Numbered from the stretch's first letter, positions 48,121 through 60,698 are shown. The stretch is DNA of 64,000 bases from an uncultured Candidatus Actinomarina sp. (GCA_902635945.1 CACPPU010000001.1:299453-363452), one strand, 5' to 3'. The notes: generated by a model from the letters alone, not told the origin. Numbers and translations: made by a program.

Positions 48121-49359
48121 ATGTCTAAGAGGCGTGTCGTAGTTAGTGGTCTCGGGACAATTAATCCCCTTGGAAATAATGTCTCAGATTCTTGGGAAAA
48201 GTTAATCAATGGTGTTTCAGGAATAGATTTTATAAACTCGTTTGATACAGAAGACCTTCCAGTTAAGTTTGCTGGAGAGGTAAAAGATTTTGATGCAAAT
48301 GAATATATGGGTAAACAACATGCAAGAAAACTAGACCGATCTGCTCATTTATCTATTTTTGCAACAGAACAAGCTCTAATGGATGCCAACTTAAATACAG
48401 AAGAACGACTGGGATCCAATGTTGGAATAGTTTTTGGTACAGGAATTGGTGGTATCGGAGCCACTGAGAATGCGGTAAGAACCTACGATGAAAGAGGGGC
48501 GTCTAGAATTAACCCTCTTGCAATTACTCAGCTTATGCCTAACTCTAGTACAGGACAGGTTGCAATTAAGTTTGGCATAGAGGGACCTTCTTTAACAATA
48601 ACTACAGCCTGTGCCGCGTCAGCCAATGCTGTAGGTGAGGCAAAAAACTTAATTGAAAACGGAATTGTAGACATAGTAGTTGCTGGAGGAACAGAATCTG
48701 GAACTACTCCAATGACTATTGGAGCTTTTGCTCAAATTAGAGCTTTATCGACAAAAAATGATTCACCGGAATCTGCATGTAGTCCATTTGATAAAGATAG
48801 AGATGGTTTTGTTATGGCTGAAGGTTCAACCGTATTAGTGCTTGAAGAAGAAGAGTCAGCAAAAAAACGTGGTGCAAAAATTTACGGTTATGTTTCTGGA
48901 TACGGATCTACTACAGATGCTCATCATATTACTGCTCCTGCAGAAGGTGGAGAAGGAGCTGTGAGAGCTATGGACAAAGCAATCAAAGATGCTGGAGTCG
49001 AATTCGAAGATATTGATTATATAAATGCACATGGAACATCTACTCCAGCAAATGACAAAAATGAAACTCTTGCAATTAAAACCTTGTTTGGTGAAAGAGC
49101 TTATGAAGTTGCTATCTCATCCACAAAATCAATGACAGGCCATTTATTAGGTGGTGCAGGCGCATTTGAATCCATGGTTTGTCTGCTTTCAATGCAAAAT
49201 AATGTTATTCCACCAACAATAAATTTATTTACTAAGGATGAAGATTGTGATTTGAACTACACACCAAATACTGCGATAGAAAAAGAATTGTCTATAGCAA
49301 TGTCAAATTCATTTGGCTTTGGAGGTCATAATGGTGTACTCGTTTTGAAAAAGAACTAA
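48121..49359 (+). CDS. fabF: Beta-ketoacyl-ACP synthase II
   Basis: TACA, DAHHITAP, NAHGTST, KSMTGHLLG and SNSFGFGGHN. Confidence 0.96.
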   Translation: MSKRRVVVSGLGTINPLGNNVSDSWEKLINGVSGIDFINSFDTEDLPVKFAGEVKDFDANEYMGKQHARKLDRSAHLSIFATEQALMDANLNTEERLGSNVGIVFGTGIGGIGATENAVRTYDERGASRINPLAITQLMPNSSTGQVAIKFGIEGPSLTITTACAASANAVGEAKNLIENGIVDIVVAGGTESGTTPMTIGAFAQIRALSTKNDSPESACSPFDKDRDGFVMAEGSTVLVLEEEESAKKRGAKIYGYVSGYGSTTDAHHITAPAEGGEGAVRAMDKAIKDAGVEFEDIDYINAHGTSTPANDKNETLAIKTLFGERAYEVAISSTKSMTGHLLGGAGAFESMVCLLSMQNNVIPPTINLFTKDEDCDLNYTPNTAIEKELSIAMSNSFGFGGHNGVLVLKKN

Positions 49360-49368
49360 AATTAACTG

Positions 49369-51807
49369 ATGATTAAATTCAAATATTTTTTTATTATATT
49401 TTTCATTAGTTTTTGTGGATCAACAAATGAAGCTGACTCAAATCAAAATAATCAATCCAATATTCAAGATAGCTCTGAAAAACAAATTTCTCTAGGTCAA
49501 GAAAGTGAAGTTATAAGTGAAAATTCTATTTCAAAAAATTTACTAGTAGATAACTTTGTCGCTTGTATGCAAGATAATGGACTAAGTTTTAATTTTGATA
49601 CTTTTGATAAAAATGATGACCCAATATTTATTTATGACCAAAACTCATATATTGATGGAATGAAGATTTTCAATGAGATTTGTTTTCAAGACGGTGAGAC
49701 CCTAGGAATAAATACCTCAAGCGGTTTAGAATCCTTTGTAAATTACATAGTAAGTCTTCTTTCAGGCACAATAACTGAAGAAGTGTTAGAAGAAACTAGC
49801 GACAAATCTCCAACAATAGCTAAAAAAACTTGTACAGAGTATGGTTGCTTTGAAGTGTTTACAGAAATAGAAAATTGGCAAGATGGATATTATGTGGACG
49901 GGGGTGTATCTCCTTCTATTTACACTGGTTATGAAAATGTGGCTTTAGTCTATGATGACATTGAATTTGAAAATTTATCAAACTTAGAAAAATCTTCAAG
50001 GTCCTCTGCATTAGCTGTTGTTAATGTAATTGGTGATAGATGTTATCTTGATGGTTACAAGACCGTAATGGTGACACAGCCTTATACAGGTTTTTTTATT
50101 GATAAAAATCATATTGTAACTACTAGTAAAGTTATTCAAGATCTCCAATTTCAAGAAGATAATAACTGGACTCAATTTGGTTCTTCAGCTGGAAGGTATT
50201 CAGTTCCATGTGAAGAAGTTCCAGAAATGATTTACGGACCAGGTAATTCATCAAATTTAAAAACTTATCAAGGCGAAGGTATATTTATTCAACTATTCAA
50301 TGGTGATTGGGGGCTTGGAGAAGTTGTTCAAAATTCAGAGGATTTAGCAATAATAAGGCTCAATAAATATTCAAATAATTTTGAATCTTTATCAGATAAG
50401 TGGGATGTTTGGAGAAATTACAGTGATAATATTAAAGCTCTTCCGATAGCTAATTCTACAAAAATTAACAACAAGGAAGTAGTTTTAATTCACAATCCGA
50501 ATGAAGGATCTTCTGGCGGTGGGTGGAAAACTACTCTTTCAAATTTATCAAATTGTCCAGAAAATAACTCAAATGAACGCATTTATCACTTAGATATTTA
50601 TTCTGATGAAGGCAGTCTAGGGGCGCCCGTAGTTGATGAGTCTGGATTTGTTATTGGAGTAACTGTTGGATCTTATGACGCAGTTTTAAACACATGCTCT
50701 ACTGTTAAATTTAGCTCTAATCGTAACTCTTTAGGTCCATTATCAAATTACCTAGCTGATGATAAAACTATTACCGGAGTACTCAACTCATTACAGCTAA
50801 GCAGTTTTGTTGAAAACTATTCCAAAACGTCAAAAAATCTTGATATTGTCAAAGATATAGAAATAGTTGATGTATCTTGGCCAAAAAATGCACTGACAAA
50901 ATCTGAAATTAGAGTTGAAAGAATCGATTGGGGTAAAGATTTTACTGATTCAGGGTTTCCGAAATCTGAAATTAACACAAAAGCTATTGAAATTGCTAAA
51001 CAAGGAACTCTTATGTTTATTAGGCAAACTGGATGTGTTGAATGTGAAACAAAAGAAAAAGATTTAGATTTCGCTGGTGGATGTGCTTGTACAGCTTTTG
51101 CTGTTACAAATGATCTAATTGTTACAAATGACCACTGTGTCTCTGGAATGAGTATCGGAGATAGAGCTACATTCAAAACTTACTTTGGCCAACTTGTTGA
51201 TGCTGAATTAATTGGTATGAGTTCAATTGACGGGGATGGAAGTCACAATGATTTTTATAAAGAGACAACAGGATGGGATGGTGATTATGATTCAGGACAT
51301 AAAGGAGATGTTGCACTATTCAGAAGTTCACAAGTACTAGATTTAAATCCAGTTGTACTTGCAGATTCATCTAAATTAAATCAATATGATCCATTGATTG
51401 CAGTCGGGCATCCTGGAATAATGAATCGAACTGGACCTTACGTAGTTTCTGTTGGAAGTTTCATAGGTAAAAATACATGGGCTGAATCTGCGATTTACTA
51501 TAATCTACCATCTGCAGGAGGAAATAGTGGTAGTGGTGTTTTTAATTTAAATGGTGAAGTTATTGGTCAAATTGCATATGGTCAAGACTTTTCTATGGCT
51601 GAAGTTGCATCAATTGTATATTCAAAATATGGTCTTATAGCAACCGAATTAATGAATAATGGTTATAGAGGTGCATCAATTAGGCCTCAGCCTTGGAAAT
51701 TAACTTCAAAAGTGGATGTAACAGTTGGCTTGTCAGCATCAGGAGCTCCTAGTAATTACATTAAAGAATTGATTGAATTGTGGGCGCCGGGAGAACTAGG
51801 TTACTAA
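49369..51807 (+). CDS. Putative lipoprotein with two trypsin-like serine-protease domains (first degenerate, second intact)
   Basis: Signal ending ISFC; domain 1 has IVTTSKV / DLAII / EGSLGAP; domain 2 has VTNDHCV / GDVAL / GGNSGSG. Confidence 0.75.
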   Translation: MIKFKYFFIIFFISFCGSTNEADSNQNNQSNIQDSSEKQISLGQESEVISENSISKNLLVDNFVACMQDNGLSFNFDTFDKNDDPIFIYDQNSYIDGMKIFNEICFQDGETLGINTSSGLESFVNYIVSLLSGTITEEVLEETSDKSPTIAKKTCTEYGCFEVFTEIENWQDGYYVDGGVSPSIYTGYENVALVYDDIEFENLSNLEKSSRSSALAVVNVIGDRCYLDGYKTVMVTQPYTGFFIDKNHIVTTSKVIQDLQFQEDNNWTQFGSSAGRYSVPCEEVPEMIYGPGNSSNLKTYQGEGIFIQLFNGDWGLGEVVQNSEDLAIIRLNKYSNNFESLSDKWDVWRNYSDNIKALPIANSTKINNKEVVLIHNPNEGSSGGGWKTTLSNLSNCPENNSNERIYHLDIYSDEGSLGAPVVDESGFVIGVTVGSYDAVLNTCSTVKFSSNRNSLGPLSNYLADDKTITGVLNSLQLSSFVENYSKTSKNLDIVKDIEIVDVSWPKNALTKSEIRVERIDWGKDFTDSGFPKSEINTKAIEIAKQGTLMFIRQTGCVECETKEKDLDFAGGCACTAFAVTNDLIVTNDHCVSGMSIGDRATFKTYFGQLVDAELIGMSSIDGDGSHNDFYKETTGWDGDYDSGHKGDVALFRSSQVLDLNPVVLADSSKLNQYDPLIAVGHPGIMNRTGPYVVSVGSFIGKNTWAESAIYYNLPSAGGNSGSGVFNLNGEVIGQIAYGQDFSMAEVASIVYSKYGLIATELMNNGYRGASIRPQPWKLTSKVDVTVGLSASGAPSNYIKELIELWAPGELGY

Positions 51808-52580
51808 GGAAGCATAGAGCCACCTATAGAGTGTACTCCTCCGTCAGCGTGAATAATTTCACCTGTAACAGCCTCGGATAAATCAGACAGTAAGAAGTTA
51901 ACAACCTTTGCAACCGGTTCAGCATTTTTTGTATCCCAACCAAGTGGAGCTCGTTCATTCCACTCATTATCCATTTCAGAAAATCCAGGAATATTTTTTG
52001 CTGCTGTAGTTGCTAATGGCCCTGCGGCAACAGCATTTACTCTTACCCCACTATCTCCCATGTAATAACCAAGATAACGAACAATCGATTGTAAGCTAGA
52101 TTTTGCAACACCTTGCCAGTCATATCCTGGCCAAGCTTGAGAATTATCAAAATCTAGAGCAACTATTGAAGATGGTTTGTTTAAGATTGGCTGAAATGAA
52201 GTAGCAAGCGTTTTCAAAGAAAAAGCGGAAATCTCAAAACTTTTAACTGCATCTTCCACAGATGTGTTTAAAAAGTTACCGCCCATGGCATCTGTTGGTG
52301 AAAATGCAATCGCATGTAAAATCCCGTCAAGATTGCCAACCTCATCTTCTATATTTTTTACTGCTTCATTAACTTGATTCAGATTTTCAATATCCATTTC
52401 AAAAACTTTTATATCTTCTGATAATCTTTTGACTGCTCTTTCAGTAATGCGAAGGCCTTTTCCAAAACCAGTAGCAACAACTGTAGCACCATTTTCTATA
52501 GCTATTTTGGCAGTCGCAAAAGCGATACTTTTATCAGTAAGAATTCCTGTAATAAGAATTTTTTTATCTTTTAAAATCAT
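51804..52580 (-). CDS. fabI: Enoyl-ACP reductase (InhA-type FabI)
   Basis: ITGILTDKSIAF, LHAIAF, LDFD, YDWQGVAK, AAGPL, APLGWD and DGG. Confidence 0.93.
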   Translation of the reverse strand: MILKDKKILITGILTDKSIAFATAKIAIENGATVVATGFGKGLRITERAVKRLSEDIKVFEMDIENLNQVNEAVKNIEDEVGNLDGILHAIAFSPTDAMGGNFLNTSVEDAVKSFEISAFSLKTLATSFQPILNKPSSIVALDFDNSQAWPGYDWQGVAKSSLQSIVRYLGYYMGDSGVRVNAVAAGPLATTAAKNIPGFSEMDNEWNERAPLGWDTKNAEPVAKVVNFLLSDLSEAVTGEIIHADGGVHSIGGSMLP

Positions 52581-52643
52581 ATTTTTCCTATAACTATTTG
52601 ACCATACAAATAGTTAGTAGGTATCACAAAATAATACCTTTTA

Positions 52644-53033
52644 TTATTCTTCTGTTGAATAGTTGGTAGAGCTTTCTTCTTTTTTGATTTGCGATCCTGT
52701 TACGACAGCCAACCCAATCTCTACAAGGCCAAATGCAAAGAAACCATTAAATTCAGTGAAGACTGCAAAAGTTATCAATCCAAGCCCACCACTGTATCTT
52801 ATTATATTTAATTGTTTTCCGTTCTCAGCATTACCTCCTAGCAAAAAGAAGGCCATTGCCGCAAAATAGAGAGGCAACCCAATAGACCTTACAATCATTT
52901 CTTGGTTTTCTGCTAACACAGCATTGAAATCAAATAAGAATAGACGGTAAACCACTTCAGGCATAATAAACCCTACTAAAACCAATCCAAGGTATACAAG
53001 TGGATCAAGTCTATTAATTAATTTGTAATTCAT
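52644..53033 (-). CDS. Hypothetical 4-TM membrane protein
   Basis: 129-aa hydrophobic ORF filling the gap; TATACT 7 nt upstream of the ATG. Confidence 0.6.
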   Translation of the reverse strand: MNYKLINRLDPLVYLGLVLVGFIMPEVVYRLFLFDFNAVLAENQEMIVRSIGLPLYFAAMAFFLLGGNAENGKQLNIIRYSGGLGLITFAVFTEFNGFFAFGLVEIGLAVVTGSQIKKEESSTNYSTEE

Positions 53034-53069
53034 AAGAGCAAGTATATCGGAAATTATTGAATCGTATAA

Positions 53070-55724
53070 TTAATACTTTTTAATTATTTCTGCCTGTGCT
53101 GCTGCAAGTTTTGCTGTCGGTATTCTATAAGGAGAACAAGAAATATAATCAATTGCAAGCGTATTGAAAAAGTGAATAGATTTAGCTTCTCCAGCGTGTT
53201 CGCCGCAAACTCCAATTTTTAAGTTTATGTTTGATTGCCTTCCTTCATTCACAGAAATTTCAACGGCTTTTCCAACTGTCTTCTTATCTATAGATACAAA
53301 TGGGTCCTGAGAAAATATATCATTTTCTACATATTTAGTAAGAAATTTTGAAGCATCGTCTCGTGAGAGACCTAAAGTGGTTTGTGTTAAATCATTCGTA
53401 CCAAAAGAGAAAAAATCTGCATGTTCGGCTATTGACCCAGAATTTAATGCAGCACTTGGCAGTTCAATCATTGTTCCGATTGTGTAATCAAATGTATAAT
53501 CTAATTTTTTCTGTACCTTAGATATCTTCTTAATAAGAAGATTTTTCATTTGATGCAATTCTTTAGCATTCATAACCAAAGGAATCATTATTTCTGGGGA
53601 AACTAAAACACCATCTTTTTTTTGTATATTGTAAGCAGCCCTTAAGATTGCTTCTACTTGCATCTCATAAATTTCAGGGTAACTTAATCCAAGACGTACT
53701 CCTCTATGACCAAGCATTGGATTGCTCTCAGATAATTTAACAAGCATTTCTCGAATGTAACTTGGAGAAACACCAATTGCATTACCAAGTTCAGTCATTT
53801 CAATGTCACTTTTTGGTAAAAACTCATGCATTGGTGGATCAAGAAGCCTCACTGTTATGGGCTTTTCTTTTAAAAGTAAAAACAAAGATTCAAAGTCAGC
53901 AATTTGAAAATCTATTAGTTTCTTTAAAGCCCTTTTTCTACCTTGTTGTGATTCTGACATAATCATTTCACGCATAGGAATGATTCTTTCACCTTCAAAA
54001 AACATGTGCTCTGTTCTACAAAGTCCAATTCCTTCAGCACCAAACTCTAATGACTTTTCAGTGTCTAGTACTGTTTCTGCATTTGCTCTTACTGCCAATC
54101 TCTTGTACTCGCTACACCAATCCATAAGAGTGTTGAATTCATCTGATGGCCTTGGTGGCTCAGTTTCCAGTTCTCCAATATAAACTTCACCCAAAGATCC
54201 ATCTATGGAAATAATGTCTCCTTCCGTTAACACTCTCTCTCCATTGCCTATTGTTTTGTTTTCAACATCTATAGTCAAACCTTCTGCACCTACAACACAT
54301 GGCTTACCCATTCCCCTTGCAACAACTGCAGCGTGACTTGTCATGCCGCCTTTTGTTGTGAGAATCCCAACAGATGAATGCATTCCATGAATATCTTCTG
54401 GACTTGTTTCGTCTCTCACTAAAATTACATCTCTTCCTCTGTTAGCCTCTTTTTCTGCTTTGTCTGCATCAAATACAATCTCTCCAACAGCTGCTCCAGG
54501 AGAAGCATTAAGCGCTTTGGTAAAGAGAGCTTTCTCTTGTGATTGGACAAATTGAGGATGTAAAACATTCGTAATATTATTCGCATCGACCATTATCAAT
54601 GATTCTTCTTTTGTTGTAATGCCCTCGTTATGTAAATCAATAGCGATTTTTATACTGGCCTGAGCAGTTCTCTTAGCTTTTCTTGTTTGAAGCAAATAAA
54701 CTTTTTCATTTTCAATCGTAAACTCTAAATCTTGCACCTCCCTGAAGTGAGTTTCGAGCTTTGATGCAATTTCTTTGATTTCTTTATATGCATTCGGAAA
54801 TTTTGACTGCAATGACTCTTGTTCAACAGAGTCATCATTCTTAATTGGATGAGGTGTTCTGATACCAGCAACAACATCTTCTCCCTGTGCATTAATTAGG
54901 TATTCTCCATAAAGCTCTTTAGACCCATTTGAAGGGTTTCTAGTAAACGCAACTCCCGTTCCAGATTTGTCATTTAAATTACCAAATACCATGGTTTGAA
55001 TTGTTGCGCCGGTTCCTAAAGAGTCAGGTATATTATTTATCTTTCTGTATGTAATTGCTCTTTTGTTTTGCCAACTACTAAATACAGCTTCTATAGCTCC
55101 TAGTAATTGTTCATGTGGATCTTGAGGAAATGGAGAATTTGTAAATCTCTCTACAGTATTTTTATATGCGTTAATTATCCAATCAAGCTGCTCAACATTA
55201 AAATCAGCATCAGACGTAACATTATCCATACGTTTTTTATTAGCAATAACTGCTTCAAACCTATCCATCTCAACACCAAGCACAACATTGGAATACATTT
55301 GAATCAATCTTCTATATGAATCAAGGGCAAAGCGTTCATCATTAAAAGCCTTAGCAAGGTTTTGAACATTGTCGTCATTAAGACCTATGTTCAAAATTGA
55401 ATCCATCATTCCAGGCATAGAAATCATGCCTCCTGACCTCACTGATAATAAAAGTGGTGATTCACTATTGCCAAAACTTTTTTGAGATAGGCTTTCTAAG
55501 TTTGAAACATAGTTAATTATTTCCTCTTTTAATCCTTCAGGTAATTTTTTGTTCTTTGAAAAATAATTACAGGCTTCCGTTGTGATAGTAAAACCTGGAG
55601 GAACTTGAATTCCAAGTTTGGACATTTCTGCAAGATTTGCACCCTTACCACCAAGAAGACTACTTAATGATGCATCACCATCAGTTTTCTGACTAGAGAA
55701 TTCATAAATAAGTTTATTGTCCAT
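53070..55724 (-). CDS. ppdK: Pyruvate, phosphate dikinase
   Basis: LGGKGANL, SVRSG, SMPGMMD, GGMTSHAAVVAR (phospho-His), GIGLCRTEHMF and FSFGTNDL. Confidence 0.97.
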   Translation of the reverse strand: MDNKLIYEFSSQKTDGDASLSSLLGGKGANLAEMSKLGIQVPPGFTITTEACNYFSKNKKLPEGLKEEIINYVSNLESLSQKSFGNSESPLLLSVRSGGMISMPGMMDSILNIGLNDDNVQNLAKAFNDERFALDSYRRLIQMYSNVVLGVEMDRFEAVIANKKRMDNVTSDADFNVEQLDWIINAYKNTVERFTNSPFPQDPHEQLLGAIEAVFSSWQNKRAITYRKINNIPDSLGTGATIQTMVFGNLNDKSGTGVAFTRNPSNGSKELYGEYLINAQGEDVVAGIRTPHPIKNDDSVEQESLQSKFPNAYKEIKEIASKLETHFREVQDLEFTIENEKVYLLQTRKAKRTAQASIKIAIDLHNEGITTKEESLIMVDANNITNVLHPQFVQSQEKALFTKALNASPGAAVGEIVFDADKAEKEANRGRDVILVRDETSPEDIHGMHSSVGILTTKGGMTSHAAVVARGMGKPCVVGAEGLTIDVENKTIGNGERVLTEGDIISIDGSLGEVYIGELETEPPRPSDEFNTLMDWCSEYKRLAVRANAETVLDTEKSLEFGAEGIGLCRTEHMFFEGERIIPMREMIMSESQQGRKRALKKLIDFQIADFESLFLLLKEKPITVRLLDPPMHEFLPKSDIEMTELGNAIGVSPSYIREMLVKLSESNPMLGHRGVRLGLSYPEIYEMQVEAILRAAYNIQKKDGVLVSPEIMIPLVMNAKELHQMKNLLIKKISKVQKKLDYTFDYTIGTMIELPSAALNSGSIAEHADFFSFGTNDLTQTTLGLSRDDASKFLTKYVENDIFSQDPFVSIDKKTVGKAVEISVNEGRQSNINLKIGVCGEHAGEAKSIHFFNTLAIDYISCSPYRIPTAKLAAAQAEIIKKY

Positions 55725-55780
55725 AATTGGATTTAAAAAATTTCCCCCTCTATCCTCATATTATATAGGGGGGAAACTAT

Positions 55781-56827
55781 ATGTCTAAGAATGTACTAGT
55801 AATTGGCACGGGAACTATCGGCGAACCACTAATAGGCTTACTCGCAGATCACAAAGATTCACTTGGATTAGATAATGTAATATTTTTTAAAAGAACACCG
55901 CTGTCAGATGAGAGAGGAAAAGTTGAATCCCTAATAAGAAAAGGAGCAAAAATTGTTTCTACTAGTGATGCACTCAGCGAGTTTCATCAACTAGGGTTTA
56001 ATGAAACTTCTGATGTTGAGCAAGCTTATGCTGACTCAGATGTCATTATCGACTGCACACCAAGTGGAAATGATAATTGGGATAATGTTTATTCATCTCT
56101 TGATCAGAACAAGAGATTCATGGCACAAGGGTCTGAACACGGATTTGGTTCGTTTTTTGCATGGGGAATAAATAACGAAATATTAAAAGAAGAGTCAAAT
56201 AAATTTCTCATTGCATCATGTAACACCCATAACATAGCCTCAATAGTGAAGAGCTTTGCACTTGATGAAGAAAGAGAACTAGTAGAAGGAAAGTTTGTGT
56301 GTCTCAGAAGAGCAAATGATGTGTCTCAGAACGATTCTTTTTCTCCCTCACCAACAATTACAAAACACAGCAATCAAGAATTTGGTACTCATCATGCTCG
56401 TGATGTACATGAATTATTTGCTCAAGAAGGAAAAAAGTTAAACCTCTTTTCCTCAGCTATCAAGCTACCTACGCAATATATGCATACTCTTTGGTTTTCG
56501 CTTACTTTTAAAGATGCTGTGCAACATGAAAATATCATGAAAAACCTTGATAATAGTGAGTTTTTGATGGCTACTGAGAAAATGTCTTCAAACAAAGTCT
56601 TTTCTTTTGGTAGAGATCATGGCTATCACGGAAGACTTTTATCACACGGTGTTGTTGCCGAACAGTCTTTACATGTTAAAGAAAATACACTTACTGGATA
56701 CTGCTTTACACCTCAAGATGGAAATGCCTTATTATCCTCTGTAGCTGGGACAGTACAGTATTACTACAAAGATGATTGGAAAGAGAAGATGGAGATTTTC
56801 AATCGATATATTTTCAAAAACATTTAA
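55781..56827 (+). CDS. Archaeal-type (class II) glyceraldehyde-3-phosphate dehydrogenase homolog
   Basis: IGTGTIG, IIDCTP, AQGSE, catalytic-type ASCNT, RRAND, THHARDV and PTQYMH parallel the archaeal GAPDH motifs DCTP, FQGGE, VSCNT, RRxxD, SHHGPDV and PTTLMH. Confidence 0.7.
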   Translation: MSKNVLVIGTGTIGEPLIGLLADHKDSLGLDNVIFFKRTPLSDERGKVESLIRKGAKIVSTSDALSEFHQLGFNETSDVEQAYADSDVIIDCTPSGNDNWDNVYSSLDQNKRFMAQGSEHGFGSFFAWGINNEILKEESNKFLIASCNTHNIASIVKSFALDEERELVEGKFVCLRRANDVSQNDSFSPSPTITKHSNQEFGTHHARDVHELFAQEGKKLNLFSSAIKLPTQYMHTLWFSLTFKDAVQHENIMKNLDNSEFLMATEKMSSNKVFSFGRDHGYHGRLLSHGVVAEQSLHVKENTLTGYCFTPQDGNALLSSVAGTVQYYYKDDWKEKMEIFNRYIFKNI

Positions 56828-56855
56828 CAACACTGCCTAAAATTTTTCGATTTGA

Positions 56856-56873
56856 AGTGGAAAATTTTCCACT
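56856..56873. promoter_or_regulatory. Perfect 18-bp palindrome AGTGGAAAATTTTCCACT in the promoter of the surface-protein gene
   Basis: Exact self-complement; lies between TTGAAG (56852) and TACTAT/TATAAT (56875-56883). Confidence 0.6.
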
Positions 56874-56890
56874 CTACTATAATCTAATCT

Positions 56891-59320
<2,430 letters not shown>

Positions 59321-59323
59321 AGA

Positions 59324-59947
59324 TTAACGCTGTAAAGCTAAAGCAACAATATGCTTAGATTCTTTTCTAAACCAGGCATCAGTATATTTGCTATAAATAT
59401 GATGATCTTTTTGATAACTTATCCACAAAAACAGTAAACCATTCCACATATAATGAATTCTCTGTGCAACGACTCTAGGCTTTTCCTGTAGCTTAGGTAT
59501 ACCAGATAATATCTCCGTCAAGGTATCAACAGGTTGACGTTCAAACCATTTATCTTCACGAAGAAGGGTATGTCTATTAGAGAACGCAATTCTTGTAGCT
59601 TGTCCCATATCAATCGAGGCCTCTGTAAAGATTGATAACATTTCCTCAAGTAATGTAAAAGGGTCTCTCTCTTTAAGTGCTGCAACCTCCATATCTTTTA
59701 ACATTTCATCACTTACTTTTCCTATAACGGCACCGTAAACATCCATCATTTTGTCTGGAAAGTGTTTATAGGCTACAGCTGTTGAGAGCTTACAGTTCTT
59801 AGCAATTTGAGCAAGTGTTACTTTCTCTGGGTCCATTTTTGGATTATTTAACAACTCTATTGCTGACTCTAAAAGTAAATCGTGAGTGAGTTTATAAATG
59901 CCTTGTGCTCTTGTTGAACGACCGTCTAACTGTTCTTTTTCACTCAT
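59324..59947 (-). CDS. TetR/AcrR family transcriptional regulator
   Basis: LLESAIELL...VTLAQIAKNCKLSTAVAYKHF HTH and a helical C-terminal domain. Confidence 0.85.
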   Translation of the reverse strand: MSEKEQLDGRSTRAQGIYKLTHDLLLESAIELLNNPKMDPEKVTLAQIAKNCKLSTAVAYKHFPDKMMDVYGAVIGKVSDEMLKDMEVAALKERDPFTLLEEMLSIFTEASIDMGQATRIAFSNRHTLLREDKWFERQPVDTLTEILSGIPKLQEKPRVVAQRIHYMWNGLLFLWISYQKDHHIYSKYTDAWFRKESKHIVALALQR

Positions 59948-60001
59948 TGAAGATAATGATAATAAGAAGATAGCTTTGTTAGCAATATGTTTGTTTGAAG
60001 T

Positions 60002-60682
60002 TTAAACAGTTTTTTTCGCTAACTCTCTTCTAGAGAAATACACAATAACTGGAACTATAAACACATTAGGCATTGCCCAGTTCATCCACTCCTGTGGAAA
60101 CAATTCTATAGTACTGATAAATGCAGTAGTAGCAGCAATTGTTCCAGCGAGCATAAGATTTAAATGGGTGTTGGTTCTGTCATAAAAATTCGGTTTATCT
60201 GTTTTTCTATATCTGTTGAGATCATATGCTGTGATATACATACATCCAATTCCAAAAATTATTGATATAGTATTCATGCCTTCAAACTGACCATAAAAAC
60301 CATACTTAATTAATCCTGTTGCGTTTAGAAACAACAATACTCCGGCAATGAACATTAACAATGTGAGAGCTTTATCCACATTCTCCCTGGCTCCAGTTCG
60401 CACTTTTGCTTGTCGATATCCAGCAAAAGCAAAGTAAAAGGAGAAAATTGCGATAGCAAACAAAAATGGTTGCACTACACCCATCATGCTGAGCGGTATA
60501 GCAGTTACAAATATAGTTGACATTCCATAGACGTAATACATTCCATACTTTTTATGACGCTTGTCACCTTTTTTTAGAAATAATAGTAAATAAGCTGTTC
60601 CCAAAGACACAAACCCAGCCAAGATATGAATATATAGTAGTGGTTTTTCTAAATCTGTGTATACACCATCAATTAAAGACAT
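60002..60682 (-). CDS. Membrane protein, DUF2306-like
   Basis: IHILAG, KKGDKRHKKYG and HLNLMLAG..A.TAF; 6-7 TM helices. Confidence 0.65.
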   Translation of the reverse strand: MSLIDGVYTDLEKPLLYIHILAGFVSLGTAYLLLFLKKGDKRHKKYGMYYVYGMSTIFVTAIPLSMMGVVQPFLFAIAIFSFYFAFAGYRQAKVRTGARENVDKALTLLMFIAGVLLFLNATGLIKYGFYGQFEGMNTISIIFGIGCMYITAYDLNRYRKTDKPNFYDRTNTHLNLMLAGTIAATTAFISTIELFPQEWMNWAMPNVFIVPVIVYFSRRELAKKTV

Positions 60683-60698
60683 AATTTTTACTTTATCC

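Noticed and set aside
52612..52630. TCACAA half-site upstream of fabI
   Set aside because: No matching left arm.
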